A stretch of DNA of 64,000 nucleotides from Obrimoposthia wandeli (lineage: Eukaryota): contig CDROCS010000506.1 of assembly GCA_977020255.1 (NCBI GenBank), positions 496,001 through 560,000 on the forward strand. The letters run 5' to 3'. The notes beneath the pieces are model-generated. The model was not told the origin of the DNA and ran no database searches. It worked only from the letters and a program-made list of their open reading frames with translations. A program made the position numbers and the translations under genes. This document shows, in pieces, positions 9,738 through 19,975 of the stretch (positions within the stretch are counted from its first letter, which is position 1; the number at the start of each line of letters is the position of its first letter).

Positions 9738-10948
9738 GTGTGTTTCCCTTCTGAGTAGCCTGTCCATTCGACTGCTAATACACTAACATCGTCATCAAAT
9801 TGAGCGGATTGTTGCCATTCTCTGACTCTGTCAACGAGCAATTCGGTTTGAATCGTGGTTGGATGGTGTTGAAAATCAATTACTGCGTTTCTAAGACCTT
9901 CTTCTGAAAATTGTGTTTTATCTTTTTCTGCCTCGGTTAAACCATCTGAGTACATCCATATTTTATCACCGGGTTCTAACTGGATCTGCGCCGTTTTATA
10001 TTCTACAAAATCAAAGGCGCCGACAACAAAACTATCCTGACCAATAAACTCTGCACTGCATTTGTCATTGTGTAACCAGACAAGTGGTGGATGTCCCCCA
10101 ACTGAAAATGATAGCAAACCTGTTTTTACATTTAATACTGAATAGATCATGGTGAAATACAGTAGATTTTGCTCATCTGTCACATAGATATCATTCAGCT
10201 GTTTAATCACTTCATGAGGCGGTGTTATTTCGTAAAATGGTGGTGTATTGATAGTTCTTTTTAATAACGCACCTTTATCATTATTTGCGGTAATACTTTG
10301 CTGAATAGAGAACGACATTAATGCTGAAGACACACCATGGCCTGCTACATCAAGCAGGTAAAAAGCGACATGATCTTCATCTAACTGCATATACCCCAGC
10401 ATATCACCACCAATTTGGGCGCTGGGAATAGACACGTAACTCAATTCGACACCCGTATACTTACGCTTCGTCGGTAATAATCGTTTAACGAGTTCACCAG
10501 CAGATTCCAAATCTTTTTTTATCGTCGCGTAAGCCGTATCTAATTTAATATTTTTATCGGTAATTTCATTATGTAGGTCTAACGTTCTAAAACCGGCTTT
10601 AACACGGGCATCAACTTCATTAATGTCTGCATTTTTAACAAAAAAATCATCCGCACCGGCATTAATACCTTCAATTATCGAATGTTGATCGTCTTTTCCA
10701 GACAATAATACAAAGAATATATAGCGACCGAAATCAGCAGACTTAAGTCGACTACAAAGCTCAATACCATTCATATTTGGCATCATCCAATCACTCAATA
10801 CGAATTGGACTTGTGGGTTTTCAGCAAGTGTCGCTAATGCTTCAATACCATCCATCGCGGTTATTACATGGTAGCCACGTTTAATGAGGATTTGCTTCCA
10901 AACGAGTAGCATGGTGCGGTTATCGTCAACTAACAGTATGTTTTTCAT
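9689..10948 (-). CDS. Response regulator receiver fused to SpoIIE/PP2C phosphatase (RsbU/RsbP-like)
   Basis: LLVDD, SDWMMP, GADDFFVK receiver; GGD, DVAGHG, GHPP, YSDGLTE, DDVS PP2C motifs. Confidence 0.92.
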   Translation of the reverse strand: MKNILLVDDNRTMLLVWKQILIKRGYHVITAMDGIEALATLAENPQVQFVLSDWMMPNMNGIELCSRLKSADFGRYIFFVLLSGKDDQHSIIEGINAGADDFFVKNADINEVDARVKAGFRTLDLHNEITDKNIKLDTAYATIKKDLESAGELVKRLLPTKRKYTGVELSYVSIPSAQIGGDMLGYMQLDEDHVAFYLLDVAGHGVSSALMSFSIQQSITANNDKGALLKRTINTPPFYEITPPHEVIKQLNDIYVTDEQNLLYFTMIYSVLNVKTGLLSFSVGGHPPLVWLHNDKCSAEFIGQDSFVVGAFDFVEYKTAQIQLEPGDKIWMYSDGLTEAEKDKTQFSEEGLRNAVIDFQHHPTTIQTELLVDRVREWQQSAQFDDDVSVLAVEWTGYSEGKHTCNTKLSTKVNAQFFK

Positions 10949-11189
10949 TGATAAACTAACCACCCTAGAAGCTAAAAGAAATTAAATACACAAGGTGTAT
11001 CTATACCAAAAGTGTTAATATTCGGCCCATAACTTCAGTCTAGTTAAGCAGCTAATAGCTGCAGACAATTAGCACCAAAGTTTGATCTGTGCCACAAATA
11101 TTTATGTTACGGATAAGATTAACTTGATGTTATTGCTCCATTAATAAGAGGATAGGATCCTATTTTAGAATTAAGCATGACACTTACAA

Positions 11190-12200
11190 ATGCAAAAACT
11201 GTTAGCCCTCCTCACTTTTATCAGCTTTACCGCACACTCGACGGGCTATCAGACTGAGTCATCAAAACGAGCACCGACAACATCGTCCCCCAATATTAGC
11301 CAATCATCGTCTGCTACATCTAATGCCAATAAAAATGCCGAAGAAGACGAGGAAGATGAATTAGATCTCATATGGCGCGGTGCGAGCAGCTCATTTGCCT
11401 TACCTTTTGATTCATGGGCTTATCAAGAAGACACTAATAATGACAGCTTATTTCATGGCTTAAGTGGTAATGTCGCACTCAATTTTCCCTTATTAAAAAC
11501 GGAATCAGCAAATCTTCCTGCCGATGTACAATCTGGACCAACAAACACCAACGCTACCGCTACCTTGTCATTAAAATACAGTATCCTGGGTAATTGGTTT
11601 GTCTCTGGCACTATGTATTATTATTTAGATCAAGACCAGCAACAGCCTTGGAACCCCGACTTTACCTACGTCTTTGGCTACAGTGATTGGCGTCCCTATA
11701 CCGTCAGTCTGATGTATGCCAACTATGGTGGTAATCGTTTTAAATCAACGCCAGAACAAGCCGTTACTAACTTCGATCAAGGTACTTGGTCGTTAGGCTG
11801 GAAGTTCCCTATCACTAAGCCTTTTATCGATTGGTTATCTTTCACTGATAAAGGCGCCATTGGCTGCCAAGCTAATTATAATTACACTAAAGAGTATTTT
11901 GACCTTGCTTCAACAAGTTACCAAGCTGACCATCAAACCGTAAGCCTAGGCTGTAAGTATGCGATTATTGGTAATTGGTACGTCAATGCGACTGCATTTT
12001 ATTATTTTGATAGTGCACAAAAACAACCTTGGAATCCTGATTTCACCTATGGGTTTGGCTATTTTGATTGGCACCCAGGTACTATCACATTGCAATATAA
12101 TAACTATTCGGGGAACCGATGGAATTCATCTGATCGTGCAGAAGGAACGGGCCGATTTATTGACGGGGCAATTTCACTTTCCTATTCATTTAGTTTCTAA
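11190..12200 (+). CDS. Putative outer-membrane beta-barrel protein with internal duplication
   Basis: Signal peptide, acidic/Ser linker, aromatic alternating strands, C-terminal SYSFSF; the ~56-aa motif (KY.I.GNW...PWNPDFTY.FGY.DW.P.T..L.Y.NY.GNR) occurs twice, 127 aa apart. Confidence 0.7.
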   Translation: MQKLLALLTFISFTAHSTGYQTESSKRAPTTSSPNISQSSSATSNANKNAEEDEEDELDLIWRGASSSFALPFDSWAYQEDTNNDSLFHGLSGNVALNFPLLKTESANLPADVQSGPTNTNATATLSLKYSILGNWFVSGTMYYYLDQDQQQPWNPDFTYVFGYSDWRPYTVSLMYANYGGNRFKSTPEQAVTNFDQGTWSLGWKFPITKPFIDWLSFTDKGAIGCQANYNYTKEYFDLASTSYQADHQTVSLGCKYAIIGNWYVNATAFYYFDSAQKQPWNPDFTYGFGYFDWHPGTITLQYNNYSGNRWNSSDRAEGTGRFIDGAISLSYSFSF

Positions 12201-12214
12201 CGCCACACCTTGTG

Positions 12215-12291
12215 CTTCAATTCTTCAATTCTTCAATTCTTCAATTCTTCAATTCTTCAATTCTTCAATTCTTCAATTCTTCAATTCTTCA
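12215..12291. repeat. Octanucleotide microsatellite (CTTCAATT)x9 plus CTTCA
   Basis: Counted directly; perfect units. Confidence 0.98.
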
Positions 12292-12448
12292 GGAGGATAT
12301 TAGAGGGATATTTTAAATACCTCACACTTTGACTTTTATGTTGAAAATATCCGCTACGATAGAAAAATCCCTAACTATGTTTAGTAATGATGATCAAATT
12401 TATATACCACATTGGGTAGACATTATTGAACAAATAGTAGGAGTTCAT

Positions 12449-15400
12449 ATGCAAGGAACAAATAGCGATGATGAAGTTGTAGGTACATCTGCGGATGATA
12501 ATATTAACGTACGAGCAGGTAACGATACGGTGACAGCCAAAGCTGGCGATGATTTCGTTAGCGGTGGCGAAGGCAATGATAATTTATCCGGTGGTGAAGG
12601 TAACGATACCATTTTTGGTGATGTTGACTACGCTTCACTCCCCTCTGTAGAGCCAACTGGCAATGATAGTTGGGGGAATTCACAATCTATCTACAGCTTT
12701 ACAGCTCCAGTAAATAGCACTGAGCCAGCGGAACAGATTAATCACAGTGTGCGACTCGGTAATTACGTGGTCGATGATATCAGTGCTATCACCGCCAAAT
12801 TCACTCTAGAGCAACAAAATACTTCTGTTGTAGTCAATTTAACAGACAGCAATGGTGTGATCATCACATCTGTTCCTGCTACCGTTAATAATAGCGGCGA
12901 ACTCGAAATAGATCTTGATGTGACAGCTGCTCAAATCGGTAATGATGAATTAATCACGTTTAGTATCTCCGAACCCGATGGCACACCTATCACCACTATA
13001 GATAGCGTTGAATTCCTTGCAAACAATGTTTATGACGATGTCATCACTGGTGGTGAAGGTAATGATCTGCTCTTTGGGCAACAAGGCTCAGATACTATTT
13101 ATGGCGGCTCAGGTGATGACTTTATTGATGGTGATATCAATGATGACACCTTGTATGGCGGTGAAGGTAATGATGTCTTAGTGGGTGGTAATGGTGACGA
13201 TATATTAGATGGCGGCACTGGTAATGACACCCTATTAGGCAGTGACGGTAATGATACTTTAAATGGCGGCGCTGGTGACGATTTACTACTTGGTGAATTG
13301 GGGGACGATATCCTCGATGGCGGCGCAGGTAATGACACCTTAATCGGTGATGAAGGCAGCGACCAACTATTTGGCGGTGCTGGTAATGATGTGCTGCTAG
13401 GTGGTGCCGGTAATGACACTATTTCAGGAGGGCTTGATAATGATGAAATTCAAGGCGAATCCGGTGATGATGTCATCTACGGCGATGAAGGTGATGACTT
13501 TGTCTTAGGTGGCAGCGGCAGTGACATTATTGACGGTGGCACAGGTAATGATTTACTCCAAGGTGGTGACGATAACGATACCCTCCAAGGTGGTGAAGGT
13601 GATGATCGCGTATTTGGTGAAATGGGGGATGATATTGTCGCCGGTGGTGCTGGCAATGATCAAGTCTATGGTGGTGAAGGTAACGATCAACTAACTGGTG
13701 ATGAAGGGAACGACCAACTCTTTGCTGGTTCAGGGAACGATATCCTTGATGGCGGCGCTGGTGACGATATTCTGCACGCTAATGAAGGTGATGATGTTAT
13801 TTCAGGCGGAGCTGGCGACGACACCGTTTATGCGGGTAGTGGCAATGATGTCATCACCACAGGTCTAGGTAATGACATTGTTTTTGGCGAAACAGGGAAT
13901 AACACCATCAGCACGGGTGATGGCGAAGATACCGTTTACACCGATAGCGGCGATGATCTGATTAATACTGGCGCTGGAAATGACACCGTGTTTGCCGGTG
14001 AAGGTGAAAACACCATCACTACCGCAACTGGTGACGATACCATTTACTCGGCATCCGGTGCCGACACGATCAGCAGCGGTGATGGTAACGATATTGTTTA
14101 TGCTGGTGATGGTGATAATACGATCCTAGCAGAAAGTGGTGATGACCAAATCTTTACAGGGTCTGGAGATGATGCCATTGATGCCGGTATCGGCGATGAT
14201 CAGGTATATACTGGCGCAGGTGTTGATACGATCAGCGCAGGTGCTGGTAATGACACCGTTTATGCTGGTGCAGGTAACGATCTGATATCAGGCGACCAAG
14301 GTAATAATCAACTTTTCGGCGAAGACGGTAATGACACTATCACAGCAGGCAGCAATGCCAGTAACCTATTCGGTGGCCAAGGTGATGATGCACTAACGGG
14401 ATCGCAAGAATCTGACCAACTTTTCGGTGGGGCCAATAACGACACCCTACTCGGCCAAGAAGGTGATGATTATCTTGAAGGTAATTCAGGTAACGATAAC
14501 CTAGATGGTGGCACAGGTAATGATACCCTCATAGCCGGTAGTGGTGATGACATCGTCATCGGTGGCGAGGGTAACGATATTCTTGTGGGCGGTTCTGGTG
14601 CCGATACACTGAAAGGTGATGCCGGTGATGATGTACTTGTCGGTGGTGCTGGTAATGACAGCCTCGATGGTGGTCAAGGTGTAAGCGAGTTATACGGCGA
14701 TGCCGGTGATGATACGCTCGTCAGTGCCGACCAAAACGACATTCTTGGTGGCGGTGAAGGTAACGACACGATCACAGCAAACGCTGGTGACGACACCATT
14801 TATGCTGGTTCAGGTAATGATGTCATTGATGCGGGTGACGGCGCGGATACCATCTATGGTGAGGCGGGTAATAATACCATCACTGCAGGTACAGGCGACG
14901 ATATGATATACGGCGGTATCAATCAAGATACCATTGATGCTGGCGATGGTAATGACCAAATTTTCGCGGGCGATGGCCAGGATACGATAATAGCCGGCAG
15001 TGGTGATGATCATGTCGACGCTGGCGCTGGTGACGATACGCTATTGGGTGGTACTGGTAATGATGCACTCTTCGGGGGGGCTGGTAATGATACCCTTATC
15101 GGGGGCGAAGGCTATGATTTCTTAGCAGGTGGTGACGGTAACGATACCCTTGTTGATGACGGGCAAGACACCCTGCTCGGTCAAGGCGGTAACGACACAT
15201 TAACCGCAGCAGCAACAGGCAGCCATCAAATATATGGTGGCGCTGGTGATGATACGATTATCGGTAGTGCACAAGCTGATACCTTATATGGCGGTGCCGA
15301 CCAAGACACTATTCAATCTGGTGCTGGTGATGATATTGTCTATGCTGGTACGGGTGACGATAACGTTGATACAGGTGCCGGTAACGATACTGTCTATGCT

Positions 15401-17311
15401 GAAGATGGCAATAACACCATCAATTTAGGTGAAGGCACAAACACATTATACGGTGGTGCTGGTGCAGATACTGTCATCTCAGGCAGTGGTAACGATCAAC
15501 TCTCCGGATCTGGCGGAGACGATAACCTTTCAGGTGGTGCGGGTAGCGATCAACTCGAAGGTGGTGATGGCAGCGATATCTTATCGGGGGATACTGGTGA
15601 GGACACCCTCTTCGGTAATGACGGTAACGATACCTTACTTGGTGGTGATGGCGCAGATAAACTGTTTGCTGGTGCGGGTGATGACCAATTATTTGGTGGT
15701 GCTGGCGCCGATGAATTACATGCTAGCAGTGGTAACAACACCCTATCTGGTGGTGATGACAATGACACCCTTTATGGCGCAGCAGGTAATGACATTCTTA
15801 GAGGTGATGATGGTGATGACCGACTCGAAGGCTTTGACGGTAACGATACGTTAGAAGGCGGTGCTGGCGATGATAGCTTAAACGCTAGCAGTGGTAATAA
15901 CCAACTCGATGGCGGTATCGGTAATGACGAACTTTCGAGTGGCGATGGAGATGATACGCTCCTCGGTGGTGAAGGTAATGATACGCTCGATGCCGGGGCT
16001 GGTCATAACAACATATCTGGTGGTTTAGGTAACGACACTATCACCGCAGGCGCTGGCAATGATGTTATTAGCGGCGACTCGGGGAACGATACGATTAATG
16101 CCGGTGATGGTGATAACCAAGTTACTGGCGGCATAGGCAGTGATGTCATTAACGCGGGAACGGGTAACGATGCCATTAGTGGCGGTGATGACAATGACCA
16201 AATAACAGTGAGCGGTGGTAACAACCAAATCCTGGGTGATGCAGGTGATGATCAAATCAGAACTGGCGCAGGTAGTGACCAACTATTCGGTGGTGAAGGT
16301 GCGGATAAACTTTACGCCGGTAGTGGTGACGATCAGCTTGAAGGTGGTTCTGGTAACGATAGGCTTTATGGCCAAAATGATAATGACCAATTACTCGGTG
16401 GTCTTGGCGATGATTACCTTAGTGGTGGCTCTGGTGATGACTCCCTACTGGGTGGCGAAGGTAATGATTACATTCGCGGTGACAGTGGTAACGACACACT
16501 ATACGGTGGCGTTGGTGATGACACTGTTCGCGGCGGCAATAATGATGATATCGTCTTTGGTGAGTCCGGTAATGATACCTTAACTGGCGACAACGGTAAT
16601 GATCAGCTCTTCGGCGACATTGGCGACGACAGCCTGCAAGGTGGTTCAGGGGAAGATATTTTATCTGGTGGCGCAGACAACGATAACCTAGCTGGCGGTT
16701 CTGGTAATGATAATCTAGATGGCGGCCTAGGTGACGATCAATTAACCGGTGACAGTGGTGATGATATCCTCTTCGGCCAAGCGGGTAATGACACCTTAGA
16801 TGGCGGCACAGGTAGCGATCAATTATTCGCAGGCGCAGGTAATGATACCTTGATCTTTGATATCACTGAAACAACGAATACCGATGGGGCAACCGTACAC
16901 TTTAGTGGTGGTGCTGGCTTTGACGTATTAGCCGTTGGCAGTGATTCAGATAGCCAAATTATTGATATGACACAAACAGCCTTCCAAGAAATTGAAGGGG
17001 TGGTCGTCAATGCGAGCGATGCTCAACTGAAGATCTCTCTTGATAAAGTGCTGCTTAATGACACAGCTGAAGTGAGCAATAGTCAATTTGTTTGTACAGG
17101 CGCTGATAAGCTAGATTTAAACGGTTTCAACTGGGAAGTATCAAGTAATAATGCCACGCTAAATGATGACTTACGCGATGCCTACGAAGCAAGTAACATC
17201 AATACTGACTCACTATTTGGTTACACTTTTGCCAATGATGAAGGTAAAGAAGTGACAATCTGGAGTGACAGTGAGCAAGAGAATATTAGCTTTAACGGTG
17301 CAGATGTTTAG
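12449..17311 (+). CDS. Giant RTX (GGxGxD nonapeptide) calcium-binding protein, T1SS substrate
   Basis: AGGAG RBS before MQGTNSDD (12449); GGxGxDxLx repeats almost continuous from about 13040 to 16860; acidic C-terminal secretion region; no Sec signal. Confidence 0.9.
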   Translation: MQGTNSDDEVVGTSADDNINVRAGNDTVTAKAGDDFVSGGEGNDNLSGGEGNDTIFGDVDYASLPSVEPTGNDSWGNSQSIYSFTAPVNSTEPAEQINHSVRLGNYVVDDISAITAKFTLEQQNTSVVVNLTDSNGVIITSVPATVNNSGELEIDLDVTAAQIGNDELITFSISEPDGTPITTIDSVEFLANNVYDDVITGGEGNDLLFGQQGSDTIYGGSGDDFIDGDINDDTLYGGEGNDVLVGGNGDDILDGGTGNDTLLGSDGNDTLNGGAGDDLLLGELGDDILDGGAGNDTLIGDEGSDQLFGGAGNDVLLGGAGNDTISGGLDNDEIQGESGDDVIYGDEGDDFVLGGSGSDIIDGGTGNDLLQGGDDNDTLQGGEGDDRVFGEMGDDIVAGGAGNDQVYGGEGNDQLTGDEGNDQLFAGSGNDILDGGAGDDILHANEGDDVISGGAGDDTVYAGSGNDVITTGLGNDIVFGETGNNTISTGDGEDTVYTDSGDDLINTGAGNDTVFAGEGENTITTATGDDTIYSASGADTISSGDGNDIVYAGDGDNTILAESGDDQIFTGSGDDAIDAGIGDDQVYTGAGVDTISAGAGNDTVYAGAGNDLISGDQGNNQLFGEDGNDTITAGSNASNLFGGQGDDALTGSQESDQLFGGANNDTLLGQEGDDYLEGNSGNDNLDGGTGNDTLIAGSGDDIVIGGEGNDILVGGSGADTLKGDAGDDVLVGGAGNDSLDGGQGVSELYGDAGDDTLVSADQNDILGGGEGNDTITANAGDDTIYAGSGNDVIDAGDGADTIYGEAGNNTITAGTGDDMIYGGINQDTIDAGDGNDQIFAGDGQDTIIAGSGDDHVDAGAGDDTLLGGTGNDALFGGAGNDTLIGGEGYDFLAGGDGNDTLVDDGQDTLLGQGGNDTLTAAATGSHQIYGGAGDDTIIGSAQADTLYGGADQDTIQSGAGDDIVYAGTGDDNVDTGAGNDTVYAEDGNNTINLGEGTNTLYGGAGADTVISGSGNDQLSGSGGDDNLSGGAGSDQLEGGDGSDILSGDTGEDTLFGNDGNDTLLGGDGADKLFAGAGDDQLFGGAGADELHASSGNNTLSGGDDNDTLYGAAGNDILRGDDGDDRLEGFDGNDTLEGGAGDDSLNASSGNNQLDGGIGNDELSSGDGDDTLLGGEGNDTLDAGAGHNNISGGLGNDTITAGAGNDVISGDSGNDTINAGDGDNQVTGGIGSDVINAGTGNDAISGGDDNDQITVSGGNNQILGDAGDDQIRTGAGSDQLFGGEGADKLYAGSGDDQLEGGSGNDRLYGQNDNDQLLGGLGDDYLSGGSGDDSLLGGEGNDYIRGDSGNDTLYGGVGDDTVRGGNNDDIVFGESGNDTLTGDNGNDQLFGDIGDDSLQGGSGEDILSGGADNDNLAGGSGNDNLDGGLGDDQLTGDSGDDILFGQAGNDTLDGGTGSDQLFAGAGNDTLIFDITETTNTDGATVHFSGGAGFDVLAVGSDSDSQIIDMTQTAFQEIEGVVVNASDAQLKISLDKVLLNDTAEVSNSQFVCTGADKLDLNGFNWEVSSNNATLNDDLRDAYEASNINTDSLFGYTFANDEGKEVTIWSDSEQENISFNGADV

Positions 17312-17361
17312 CCACTAATAAGCAAATAACGTGAAGTCATAAACCAATAACTGAAGCAGTA

Positions 17362-17396
17362 AAAAAAGGCGGTGATATTTAATCACCGCCTTTTTT
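17362..17396. terminator. Bidirectional intrinsic terminator
   Basis: AAAAAAGGCGGTGAT-ATTTA-ATCACCGCCTTTTTT between convergent genes. Confidence 0.9.
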
Positions 17397-17558
17397 ATCT
17401 CTAAAATATAAACCACAGCTGCGAGAATAAACTCGGCAGGTATAAAAACGACAGACATAAAAAAACACACAGTACAGCTTTAGTTAAAAGCAATACTATG
17501 TGTTTCAAGCAGTTTAAGTAGACTTAACTATCTAGTTTCATCATAAGTTAAACCTAAG

Positions 17559-18395
17559 TTAACTATTCAGACATAGCTTTCTATTCTTAGCAGTAATCAA
17601 ACTATCATTGGAAATAACATAAAAGAAGTAATCATCATCCATTTCATTAGTCTGAATATAAGTACGGATATGATTTAGAATACTTTTAGCCTCGTTGTAA
17701 CTATACAAGTAGCCCTTATCACACTCATTCACCACGTCTAAATCGACCTGTAAGCGATCAAATTGACTCATTAGATCATCTACCCGAGTCACATGTGCTG
17801 CTTGCTGAGCTTCACTGGCATAGCGTACTTCGAACTCAGCCTTCTGTTTTTCCCACGCAGCTACATCACCCACTTTCGCCAATACCTGTGCCTCTTGCTG
17901 CTGTAAGCGCGCAGATTCTAAGTTCAGTTGGTTACGGATAATCGCCAAACCAGCTTGCTCTGCGATCAAGATTTGTTGCTGTTCGGCAATACTCGATGCT
18001 AATTCTTTCTGAAAAGAGCGGCGTAAATCTTTTATATTTTGATCTTTACGTTTCAGCTGTTTACTTTGATACTCTGATTTTAACTGTAATTCATCAATCA
18101 CTTTTTGCTGCGTAGCAAGTTCCTGCTTTTGTATTAACAGCATTTTTTCCAACGTAACATATTCCGTTGACATTATTTGTGCATCGCCTTGTTGATTAGC
18201 TTTCAATGAATCAATCGACACTTGCTGCTCGGTAATAATATTGTTTTTAGTGGCGAGTAAAGCCACATCATTATGACGCTCTGTATACTGCCACGCTGTC
18301 GTGCCAACTAACCCCAACAATATGACCATCACGGTACCAGCGAAAACCAATGCTTGGTTCATTGGCATTGATAAACGATTCTGCTTTTGTTTCAT
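17559..18395 (-). CDS. Hypothetical single-pass membrane coiled-coil protein
   Basis: One N-terminal TM helix, long Q/K/E/L heptad region, short C-terminal domain with 2 Cys; GGGGAG RBS. Confidence 0.75.
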   Translation of the reverse strand: MKQKQNRLSMPMNQALVFAGTVMVILLGLVGTTAWQYTERHNDVALLATKNNIITEQQVSIDSLKANQQGDAQIMSTEYVTLEKMLLIQKQELATQQKVIDELQLKSEYQSKQLKRKDQNIKDLRRSFQKELASSIAEQQQILIAEQAGLAIIRNQLNLESARLQQQEAQVLAKVGDVAAWEKQKAEFEVRYASEAQQAAHVTRVDDLMSQFDRLQVDLDVVNECDKGYLYSYNEAKSILNHIRTYIQTNEMDDDYFFYVISNDSLITAKNRKLCLNS

Positions 18396-18424
18396 CTCAA
18401 CTCCCCCCATTAAGCTACCCTCTA

Positions 18425-18664
18425 CTAAGCGATATATAGTTGTTTCGTTTTACACTGCGGACAAAAATATGACTTAATGTGAATGCTAGATTGGCAATTT
18501 TGACAGATCATATGTTTACGATCTTTGCTTAAATACATACAAATAACACCCACTGGCCCCAGCACATAACCGAGTAAAATACCGGCCACTAAATTACCTT
18601 TTTGATAGCCCATATAAGTCGACAACAAGAAGAAAAATAAATAAAACCCTAACCAAAATAACAT
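18425..18664 (-). CDS. Small membrane protein with C-terminal zinc ribbon
   Basis: Two hydrophobic segments then CQNC...CPQC. Confidence 0.75.
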   Translation of the reverse strand: MLFWLGFYLFFFLLSTYMGYQKGNLVAGILLGYVLGPVGVICMYLSKDRKHMICQNCQSSIHIKSYFCPQCKTKQLYIA

Positions 18665-18679
18665 GCTACATCCTTATAA

Positions 18680-19975
18680 TTATGTTTCTCTAAACGCACG
18701 GTTATACGACGTAAATAAAGGCGCGGTGAAATAATCCCACAACGTACGATCTTCTAATAAAATGAGTACTTCTGTGGGCATACCCGGGTACAAATTAATG
18801 TGAGTAAGCGCCTTTAATTCCGCGCTATTTAATTTTACTTTGATCCGGTAGCCTGCTTTGCCGTCATTGTTTTGTGGGATCCGGTCCGCCGCAACATACA
18901 CGACCTCCCCTGTCACCGGGGCTGTATTACGAATACTGTAAGCAGAAAGCCTGACTTTAGCTTTAAGACCCTGCCTAACCATATCAATATCTTCTGACTT
19001 AACGATAGCATCGACAATTAATTCATCGCCTTCAGGTACAATTTCCATCAGCACTGCTCCAGCGTTAACAACACCACCAACACTATGCACATTCAAACCA
19101 ACCACAGTACCTGCATGCTCACTGCGAATTGTCACCTTGGAACGCGCATCTCGCGCTACATTTAATGCTTGCAACACATCCCGAAGTTCCTTGGATAAGC
19201 TGTCCATTTTCATTGTATATTGCTGCTTTAGCTCTACGTTTTCAGTTTTAAAATCTTGTTCTAATGACGCTGCTTGACGGTTTAATACTCTGCTCTCTGA
19301 ATCAAGCCCTGCTCTTTTAGCTAGCACTTCGGCCTTATTACGTTGCAGCGCCATCACCCGTGTTTTGGATACATAACCTTTATCTAATAACCCTGATAAC
19401 ATCTCTAATTCTTGATCAATTAATACCAACTGGTTATCAACGGCAATAATTTGATATTGAGCGCCTCTAGACTTCTCTTCCAACAAGGTTTTTCGTTGTG
19501 AAAATTGCTCAATACGCAATTCATTATGTAGCACCTCTTGCTGATATTGTAATTGTTGACTGGCAATGATATTACTGTATTCAATACTTTCGACATCTTG
19601 AATAGTAGCGTCGCTCCACACCACGTTATCGTGCCCATTCAATGCAGCAGATAAACGATCATGCTGCGCTTGCAGAAATGTTGCACGCTGTTGTAATCGA
19701 CGAAAATCAGCATCCACTTGGCCACTTGCAAGCTCTAGTAACATATCACCAGCCTGTACTTTTTGCCCCTCAACAACATGTATCGCCTTCACCCAACCAC
19801 CGTCTAAGTGCTGGATTTTTTTACGCTGAGACTCGACAATAATCGTTCCAGGGGCAATAGCGGCAGAGCTTAAATGCATCGAGGTCGACCAAGCAATAAA
19901 ACCACCGATCGTAATAACAATACTAAGGCAACCCGCAATGATAAGCCCACGTGTATCAAATAGCTGTTTATCCAT
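18680..19975 (-). CDS. Type I secretion membrane fusion protein (HlyD/PrtE family)
   Basis: TM anchor, IQHLDGGWVKAIHVVEGQKV, IRSEHAGTV, LYPGMPTEV. Confidence 0.93.
   Translation of the reverse strand: MDKQLFDTRGLIIAGCLSIVITIGGFIAWSTSMHLSSAAIAPGTIIVESQRKKIQHLDGGWVKAIHVVEGQKVQAGDMLLELASGQVDADFRRLQQRATFLQAQHDRLSAALNGHDNVVWSDATIQDVESIEYSNIIASQQLQYQQEVLHNELRIEQFSQRKTLLEEKSRGAQYQIIAVDNQLVLIDQELEMLSGLLDKGYVSKTRVMALQRNKAEVLAKRAGLDSESRVLNRQAASLEQDFKTENVELKQQYTMKMDSLSKELRDVLQALNVARDARSKVTIRSEHAGTVVGLNVHSVGGVVNAGAVLMEIVPEGDELIVDAIVKSEDIDMVRQGLKAKVRLSAYSIRNTAPVTGEVVYVAADRIPQNNDGKAGYRIKVKLNSAELKALTHINLYPGMPTEVLILLEDRTLWDYFTAPLFTSYNRAFRET

Noticed and set aside
11959-12303. 114-aa ORF ending in SILQFFNS repeats
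   Set aside because: Out-of-frame overlap with the barrel gene; the repeat is just the translated microsatellite
13040-16860. Visibly higher GC as evidence of horizontal transfer, and several antisense/alternate-frame ORFs
   Set aside because: Explained by Gly/Asp codon bias of RTX repeats; the short ORFs are shadows without RBS or motifs
12449-17311. Ice-binding RTX protein like Marinomonas MpAFP region IV
   Set aside because: Repeats follow the ordinary 9-aa period with variable residues; I see no regular 19-aa xGTGND Thr/Asx ladder
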